Virus record (IMG/VR): IMGVR_UViG_3300037483_000881
Coordinates: 1-38,905 of that record
Reading direction: 5' to 3' (one strand)
Length of the DNA stretch: 38,905 nt
DNA from: a virus
Taxonomy: Duplodnaviria; Caudoviricetes
The position numbers were made by a program, and so were the translations under genes. Positions within the stretch are counted from its first letter, which is position 1; each line of letters starts with the position of its first letter. Positions 32,996-38,905 of the stretch are shown here, piece after piece. A model generated the notes under the pieces. The model had not been told where the DNA came from, ran no database searches, and saw nothing but the letters and a program-made list of their open reading frames with translations.

Positions 32996-34134
32996 AGACG
33001 AACGCAGACCGGGAGTTCTACGAACAGAAAGTGAACAAGCTCCGGGCGGAGAACGAGAAGGCCCTCCGCCAGCTCGGGGAGGAGAACAAGGCCCTGCGGC
33101 ACGAGCGCAACGCGCTCGCGCTCCAGCTGGAGCCGCTCAAGGCGCAGCGGGAGGCGGACGAGCGGCTCATCCACGCGGTGTCCAGCGCGGAGCCTCCGGC
33201 CTGGTTGCTGGACCCCTCGGGCCCACCGCGCCGCGGGCCGGGCGTGCCGACCCTGTTCCTCTCTGACTGGCACTGGGGGGAGATGGTTCGGCCGGGCGAG
33301 GTGGCGGGCCGGAACGAGTACAACCTCGCCGTGGCCCGGGAGCGGGCGCACCGGCTGTTCGCATCCGTGCTGGACCTGGCCTTCGACCACATGGTCCTCC
33401 CGAAGGGCTGGAAGTACCCGGGCATCGTGGTAGCGCTCGGGGGCGACATGCTGGACATGCTGAACGGACGCATCCACACGTCGGAGGGCCCGAACGAGGT
33501 CGCGATACGGGAGGCCCTGGACGACCTCTCCGGTGTCCTGGTGCGCGGCCTGGGAGCCCTGGCCGAGCGCTTCGGGCGCGTGTATGTCCCGTGTGTCATC
33601 GGCAACCACGGCCGGATGTCCGCCCGGGTCCCGGCGCGAAACCCCGCGGGCACCAGCATGGACGCCATCCTCTACGACGGGCTGGCCAGGCACCGGGGCC
33701 TGGTGGGCAAGGACGTCCGGTTCGACATCGCGAAGGGGGTGGACCTCCGGTACAAGGTGTACGACTACGCGTACGTGCTGACCCACGGTTACCAGTGGCG
33801 GGGAGGGGACGGCGAGGTGGGAGCCCTGGGGCCCGTGGCCCGCGGCGTCAAGCGGCTCCGCACGAAGTACATGCAAATGAAACTCCCGGTGGATACCGTC
33901 ATCTTGGGGCACTTCCACCAGTATTTCGCGAGCCCCTCGTTCATCATGAACGGTTCACTGAAAGGCTACGACGAGTACGCCTACCAGGGGAGCTTCGAGT
34001 TTCAGCCGCCGATTCAGGCGTTTTGGTTCACGCACCCGCAGCGCGGCATGACGTGCGCCTGGCCCGTGTACGCAGGCGAGCGCGGGAAGAAGGCCACGAC
34101 CGACTGGTTGCGCTTCGACGCGCTTGCCCCGTAG
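32992..34134 (+). CDS. Calcineurin-like metallophosphoesterase with N-terminal coiled coil
   Basis: 'SDWH', 'GGD', 'GNHG', 'THG', 'GHFH'. Confidence 0.88.
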   Translation: MKTNADREFYEQKVNKLRAENEKALRQLGEENKALRHERNALALQLEPLKAQREADERLIHAVSSAEPPAWLLDPSGPPRRGPGVPTLFLSDWHWGEMVRPGEVAGRNEYNLAVARERAHRLFASVLDLAFDHMVLPKGWKYPGIVVALGGDMLDMLNGRIHTSEGPNEVAIREALDDLSGVLVRGLGALAERFGRVYVPCVIGNHGRMSARVPARNPAGTSMDAILYDGLARHRGLVGKDVRFDIAKGVDLRYKVYDYAYVLTHGYQWRGGDGEVGALGPVARGVKRLRTKYMQMKLPVDTVILGHFHQYFASPSFIMNGSLKGYDEYAYQGSFEFQPPIQAFWFTHPQRGMTCAWPVYAGERGKKATTDWLRFDALAP

Positions 34135-34136
34135 TG

Positions 34137-34177
34137 ACACGAAGGGCCCCGGGGGTGGACACCGGGGCCCTTCGTGT
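34137..34177. terminator. Hairpin between the convergent early and late operons (likely bidirectional terminator)
   Basis: 16-bp perfect stem ACACGAAGGGCCCCGG/CCGGGGCCCTTCGTGT. Confidence 0.8.
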
Positions 34178-34180
34178 TTC

Positions 34181-34885
34181 CTACAGGAGCGTGTTCAGGT
34201 GTTGCCAGGCGAGCCGCCAGCCCCGGAACCACGTCAGGCTCCCCGCGACCTGCTTTCGGATTTGCATCTGAACGGTTCCCGCATTCGCACCGTTGCGGAG
34301 CATCCCTTGGAGTCGAACGACCGTTCCCGCCGCGGTCGGAGTGATAGGAATAGCCGTGCCGAACCCGGTTGCGCTGGCACCCGCGTTTGTGAACATGAAG
34401 TCCACTCGGGTGGGCGCGGCTGGCCCGGTGAATGTCACGTTCACCGCGTTCGCATCGTTGGCGGTCAGCACCCCGATGATTTCCCACGTGTAAAACTCGT
34501 TCGACAACACGGGGAAGGCGATGCCGGTAAGGTCCACGAAGGTCAAGCTACTCGTGGTGAAGTCGCTGGTGGAGGTCTTCGGGACGGTCAGGCTCTTGAG
34601 GCGGAGGACTTCCGCCCCGTCCACGGAGAAGCGCGGGTCCCCCGCAGCGGTGAGGTAGAGGCCCGAGTCTGGGTCTGCCGTGAACGTGAGCCCCGGCGCG
34701 CCGACCACTCCGTCCGCCAGCGCGAGGGGCGAGAGCATCCCACCCTTCCCGCTGCGGTTGAGGCTGTCCGTAACCTCAGTCGCGAGGTCAGCTAGCGTAC
34801 CGTTCGCCCACGTGGCTTGGATAGGGTTTCCCCCGATGACCTGGGCGAAGGGGAGGCTGTAAATGCCCGATGCGTTGCGTGCCAT
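34181..34885 (-). CDS. Tail fibre/spike protein (short)
   Basis: ATG 34885; N-terminal 'RNASGIYSLP...WAN.TL.D....TDSL.RSGKGGM' anchor and 'APGLTF..DPDSGLY' motif. Confidence 0.75.
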   Translation of the reverse strand: MARNASGIYSLPFAQVIGGNPIQATWANGTLADLATEVTDSLNRSGKGGMLSPLALADGVVGAPGLTFTADPDSGLYLTAAGDPRFSVDGAEVLRLKSLTVPKTSTSDFTTSSLTFVDLTGIAFPVLSNEFYTWEIIGVLTANDANAVNVTFTGPAAPTRVDFMFTNAGASATGFGTAIPITPTAAGTVVRLQGMLRNGANAGTVQMQIRKQVAGSLTWFRGWRLAWQHLNTLL

Positions 34886-34889
34886 GGTT

Positions 34890-36188
34890 TCAGTCCTCTC
34901 GGAGTAGCTGGTACAGGGCGTCGTTGATGCGCGCCCGCCCGGCGGTGCGCAGCGGGGCCGGCTTTCCACCTACCGTCATGAAGGGAATAGGCATCGGGCC
35001 GACACGGACGCGGACACGACTACCGGCGGGGTTCGCTTCCCGGGCGGCAACCGCCTTCGTCCCGGCGCGGGACAGCCGGGCCGCCGCGCTCATGTTGCCG
35101 TACTGCCGGTTCACGGCTGCCCACTCGTCGCCCAGCCCGGCGCCGGCCATCGCTTGCCCCAGCTCGGAGTCCACGAGGTGCCGTACCTCATTGAAAGGCA
35201 CCTTACTGAGAGTGCCGGTCGGGTCCTGTGTCTTCGTCACGCCCCGGAGGTGCGTGTCGAGGTTCTGGCGCAGCTCGTGCGCCTCCTGCGGCGTGAGCTT
35301 GAACAGCTGCCGGCGTCCGCCGGTCCACGTCCCGCGGGCGAGAGCCTGCTTCGCCAGGTACTCCTCCACGTCCGCCACGAACGGCGCGGCGTCCGGGTTC
35401 TTGAGCATCCGGGGCTTGATGGCCCGCTGGAAGTTGGCCAGCACGTTCCCCAGGTCGAACCCTACGCCCTTCTGCTGCGCGTCCGCCAGAAGCCGGCTCA
35501 TCTCGGGGCCGTAGCGTTGGGACATGGCCGCCTTGGACGCGCGCAGCACGCCGCCGGGCCCCTCGCGCAGGTTCACGCCGGGTTCATCGAGGATGGACCG
35601 GGCGACCTGGCCAGGACGCAGCTCGCCTTCCTTCATCGCCATTTGCCCGACCGCGCTGGGCGCCTGGAGGGCTCGGAGGGTCTGCTTCTCCGCCCCAGCC
35701 TTGAAGTGCCGCGCCAGGGCGCGCCGGGCCGGGCGGGCGGCCAGAGCTGCGCCGGGGGCGAGAATCGGGCCGTACGTGCCGAGCCAGTCGGCGACGGGGT
35801 GCGCCTCCTCGCCGGCAACCTCCCGCTGAATGTCCGCCTCCCCCTGCTCGGCGGCGAGCTGGGGCATGGCCTCGCGCAGCTCCGGCGGGATGCCCTCCGC
35901 GTACTGTGGGGGCAGCTCGGGAAGGGCCGGGTTCACGCTGCGCCGGAAGCGCTGAATCCCGCGGGCGATGCCTGCGCCCACGGGGTCCCGCTCACCGCTC
36001 GCCATGGCCCCAACGATAGCGTCCTTGGCCAGCCCCGTCCCCGGCGGTTGGAGGCCGCCGACGAACCCCCGGGCGAACGTCTCCAGCGCCCCCGGGGGCG
36101 CCGGCAGCTCGGGCATGTCGTCCTCGGGAACCAGCCCGGGGACACCGGGCAGCTCGGGGAGGTCGTCATCGGGGACTAGGTTGGCCAT
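34890..36188 (-). CDS. Putative internal virion/ejection protein
   Basis: 432 aa, Ala/Gly-rich, helical; acidic/Pro-rich N-terminus; position in the ejection cluster. Confidence 0.6.
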   Translation of the reverse strand: MANLVPDDDLPELPGVPGLVPEDDMPELPAPPGALETFARGFVGGLQPPGTGLAKDAIVGAMASGERDPVGAGIARGIQRFRRSVNPALPELPPQYAEGIPPELREAMPQLAAEQGEADIQREVAGEEAHPVADWLGTYGPILAPGAALAARPARRALARHFKAGAEKQTLRALQAPSAVGQMAMKEGELRPGQVARSILDEPGVNLREGPGGVLRASKAAMSQRYGPEMSRLLADAQQKGVGFDLGNVLANFQRAIKPRMLKNPDAAPFVADVEEYLAKQALARGTWTGGRRQLFKLTPQEAHELRQNLDTHLRGVTKTQDPTGTLSKVPFNEVRHLVDSELGQAMAGAGLGDEWAAVNRQYGNMSAAARLSRAGTKAVAAREANPAGSRVRVRVGPMPIPFMTVGGKPAPLRTAGRARINDALYQLLRED

Positions 36189-37404
36189 CGAGGTACTCCC
36201 ACCCCTGCGGGGTCATGCGGACGGGACGACCGGACTTGGACCGGGTGATGGTTCCCACAGGAGGGCCCCCCGGGCGCGCTGGCTGGCCCGGGGCAGCCCC
36301 GGCTCGCGCAGGCGGGGGTCTAGCAGCGGGTCCGGGCTGCGCGCCAGGGCGAGGCCCTAGGGGCGCCCCAGGGGGCACGTTCAGGAGGGGCATGTAGGTC
36401 CGGTAGCGCTCCCCCCGGGTTTGGTCCGCGACCTCGTACGCCTGCTCCAGCTTGGCGAGGATGGCTTCGGGGGTGTCGTTCGGAGCTGGGGCGAACGCGG
36501 CAACGCGGTTCTGTTCGTAGGCCGTCGTCTGGGCGCCGGCAAGGTCGTGGACGACCTTGTAGGCGTACTCGAACACGAGGGCTCGGGCCTTCGTGGCCTC
36601 GGGCGAGCGCTTGGCAGCCTGGTAGCTGCCGACCGCGCGGGACGGGGCCATGCCCGGGACCCACTCGGCGATTTCCGTCCCCGGCCCGAACGCGTCCGGA
36701 AGACCCTGGACAGCGGCGTGCGCCCGCTGCAAGGTGTTCGTGGCCGTGTCGAGCGTGTTCAGTTCCTTCTGGACGCCCTCGGGGAGCTTCTTGCGCATCG
36801 CCCCCATGGCCATCTCGCCCTCGCTGGGTTCACGGAGAGACGGACCCGCCGCCGCGGGAGGCGGCGCGGCGGGAGGTCCGGTGCGCTCGCCGCCGGGAGC
36901 GGGCGGAGGCGAGAGCACATTTGGTGGAATCTGCTGCCCGGCCCCGCCAGCGGCAGGGCCGCCGGGGTGGCCAGGGCCGAACGGAACGAGCCGGGGAGGC
37001 TGCCCCTGGGGCACGCGCTTGTCCATGAGCCACGCGCGACCGAACGCGTCCTGAACCACGTCCCACTGGCTCATCAAAGAGCGTTGCATATCGAGGTTCT
37101 GGCGCTGAATGCCCTCGGACGCGCGGTTGTGTCGGGCCCGTTCCTGCGCTTCCTGCTGTTCGCGCCCCTCGACTCCGCGCCCCATGGCGTTCTTGAACCG
37201 GGAGCCCAGCCGTTCCTGGGCGAAGCGGGAGCGCTCCAGCTCGCCGGTCGCGAGGCTGGAGCCGCTCTGGCGCTGGCCCTGGTTCGGGGAGAGCATGAGT
37301 GCCACGGACCGGGGGTCTTGCTGCCCGAGGTAGGCCGCTCGCATCTCTGCCTCGTCGGGCAGCTCGGGGAGCGGCGGGAGCTGGAGGTACTGAGGGGTCG
37401 CCAC
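36166..37404 (-). CDS. Putative internal virion/ejection protein
   Basis: 412 aa; 'ERARHNRASE', 'LAGAQTTAYE' motifs; GAGGAG RBS. Confidence 0.6.
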   Translation of the reverse strand: MATPQYLQLPPLPELPDEAEMRAAYLGQQDPRSVALMLSPNQGQRQSGSSLATGELERSRFAQERLGSRFKNAMGRGVEGREQQEAQERARHNRASEGIQRQNLDMQRSLMSQWDVVQDAFGRAWLMDKRVPQGQPPRLVPFGPGHPGGPAAGGAGQQIPPNVLSPPPAPGGERTGPPAAPPPAAAGPSLREPSEGEMAMGAMRKKLPEGVQKELNTLDTATNTLQRAHAAVQGLPDAFGPGTEIAEWVPGMAPSRAVGSYQAAKRSPEATKARALVFEYAYKVVHDLAGAQTTAYEQNRVAAFAPAPNDTPEAILAKLEQAYEVADQTRGERYRTYMPLLNVPPGAPLGPRPGAQPGPAARPPPARAGAAPGQPARPGGPPVGTITRSKSGRPVRMTPQGWEYLDGQPSPR

Positions 37405-37414
37405 GGTGTTCTCC

Positions 37415-37819
37415 TCACAGGCTCAGGGGCGGGCCGCCATACATCTCGTACGCGGCGTACGCGTCATCGGACCGGCGCTTGCCGAGCTTCCGCATGGCCT
37501 CTTCGTTTTCCTTCATCCCCTTCATGCCGGCGTACTGCTTCATGCCGGACCCGATGAACTCCAACGGGTTCGCCGCGGTGTAGACGTCGCCGGTCTGACG
37601 GCCCTGTGGCGTCTCCGTCCCGGCAAGCATCTTCGCCCGCAGCTGCGCCAGGTAGATGGCTGCCTCTTCGTCTTCCAGCCCGGCCTGGTCCGCGAAGCGG
37701 CGCAGGACGTCGGGGTCGATGCCCTCCAGGCTGGGCGCGGCAACACCGGGAGCTTGCGGAGCCTGCGGAGCCTGGGGCATCCCAGGGGCGCGCAGAAGGT
37801 CAGGGGTCGGCATGGTCAC
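37415..37819 (-). CDS. Putative small virion/ejection protein
   Basis: 134 aa; 'PQGRQ.G.VY.AANPLE'. Confidence 0.6.
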   Translation of the reverse strand: MTMPTPDLLRAPGMPQAPQAPQAPGVAAPSLEGIDPDVLRRFADQAGLEDEEAAIYLAQLRAKMLAGTETPQGRQTGDVYTAANPLEFIGSGMKQYAGMKGMKENEEAMRKLGKRRSDDAYAAYEMYGGPPLSL

Positions 37820-37825
37820 TCTCCG

Positions 37826-38902
37826 TTACAGCATGAAGGGAAGGAACTGGAGGGCGTTCTGCCCGCCTTGCATGAGGCCCTGCATCATGGCCTGCTGCGC
37901 GTTCGAGCTGTTCAGCCCGGCCTGGTATTGCATCCCCGCGGCCTGGAGGTAGGGGGTTGTCTGTGCGACTCCAGCGGGGTTGAACCCAGGCATCTGCGGC
38001 ATGTTCACTTGCTGTCCGCCGAGGAGCGCGTTGACCTCGTTCAGCGGCGCGTTGCGACGCTGGAATAGCTCGCTGATTCCTTGCTGACGCCCGGTGAGGC
38101 CGCGCCCGAACTCGCCGGACGCCGCGGACTCGCCGGCCATCGTGGCCGCGTCGAGGGCCTGCTGATACGCGTCGGTGCGCTCGCGCCCCAGGTTCGACGT
38201 AGCGCGGTCGTAGGCTTCCGTCCCGGGCCGGAGGCCCTGGTTCAGGAGCTTCGACTCCAGGTCACCCGAGCGCTGTTCCCACATCGGGTTGAGCCGGGAG
38301 CTGGCCCGGCGGAACGTCGCGCCGATGGCGGATTCACGCGCGGTCTCCGGGTTCGGCGCCCCAGGCAGCCCCGCCCAGCTCATCGGGGAGCTGTACTGGT
38401 TCCGGACTTGGCCGAAGAGGTCTTCCGCCGTACCGGACCGCGACGCGCCGATGCGCATTTGGGAGTCAAGGGCCGCTTGCTGGTCCGGGGAGAGGTACAT
38501 CTCCATGCCCCAGAGGTCAGAGCCCCCCGCCCTGTTCCCCGGGTTACGGTAGGCCACGCCCCCTTCGCCTCCCCGACCCCCAGACCACATCTCGAACATT
38601 GAGTCGCCGCCCCCTCCGCGGGGAACCGGACGGTTGCCGCCCCCGCCACCGCCGGTCAGGGACTCGAACGGGCCCGTCGCTTCGCCGCCCGAGCCTATCG
38701 GCCGGGCCCGCGGAGCGTTCGGGTTGGCCGGGGCGCCCGTCCCGTACCCGGTGCCGGACGGAGGGGTCCAGCGCACGCCGCCCCAGGGGGTGCTGATGTT
38801 CGGCCGGTTCGCATAGGTCTGATAAGCCGTGTTCTCCAGGGACGACTGGCCCTGTGCTTCGGCCGCACCCTTGTAGTCGGGGGTGGGAGGAGAACTATTC
38901 AT
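37826..38902 (-). CDS. Putative ejection (DNA pilot) protein
   Basis: 'PPTPDY.GAA', 'NRPN..TPWG', 'LSPDQQ', 'L.NQGL.PGTEAY.RA', 'RNAPLNE..AL..GQQV'; start coupled to the GNAT stop across the genome junction. Confidence 0.7.
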   Translation of the reverse strand: MNSSPPTPDYKGAAEAQGQSSLENTAYQTYANRPNISTPWGGVRWTPPSGTGYGTGAPANPNAPRARPIGSGGEATGPFESLTGGGGGGNRPVPRGGGGDSMFEMWSGGRGGEGGVAYRNPGNRAGGSDLWGMEMYLSPDQQAALDSQMRIGASRSGTAEDLFGQVRNQYSSPMSWAGLPGAPNPETARESAIGATFRRASSRLNPMWEQRSGDLESKLLNQGLRPGTEAYDRATSNLGRERTDAYQQALDAATMAGESAASGEFGRGLTGRQQGISELFQRRNAPLNEVNALLGGQQVNMPQMPGFNPAGVAQTTPYLQAAGMQYQAGLNSSNAQQAMMQGLMQGGQNALQFLPFML

Positions 38903-38905
38903 TTC
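38771..38905. repeat. Terminal direct repeat, right copy
   Basis: Matches 1-135 with one mismatch. Confidence 0.95.

Overview
The window appears to be a complete, high-GC, short-tailed (podovirus-type) dsDNA phage genome. Bases 1-135 repeat at 38771-38905 with one mismatch, giving a unit length of about 38,770 bp. A minus-strand late operon runs from about 19107 down to 1 and continues from 38905 to 34181. It encodes TerS, a block of accessory virion genes, TerL, portal, a lysis cassette, scaffold, major capsid, decoration protein, adaptor and nozzle, a GNAT protein, ejection-type proteins and a tail fibre. A minus-strand primase-helicase (19702-21693) is followed by an iteron/inverted-repeat cluster that is probably the origin. 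A plus-strand early/replication operon (about 21900-34134) has many small Cys-rich or membrane ORFs, a DUF2800-type nuclease, SSB, PolA, VRR-NUC, nucleotide-pool enzymes, an SNF2 helicase and a metallophosphoesterase. I recognised no integrase, repressor, tRNA, CRISPR array or methyltransferase. The most notable signals are: (1) a family of intergenic stem-loops anchored on AGTGAA/TTCAC, including a twice-repeated, covarying element; (2) a candidate -1 frameshift that extends the holin-like protein; (3) three promoters sharing TTGC-N15-GGCG-YATAAT; (4) apparent genome-wide recoding to avoid GATC, CTGCAG and GTCGAC; (5) a 668-aa mosaic protein with a glycosylase-like region in the late operon. 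All product calls come from motif recognition and synteny by eye; no searches were run.
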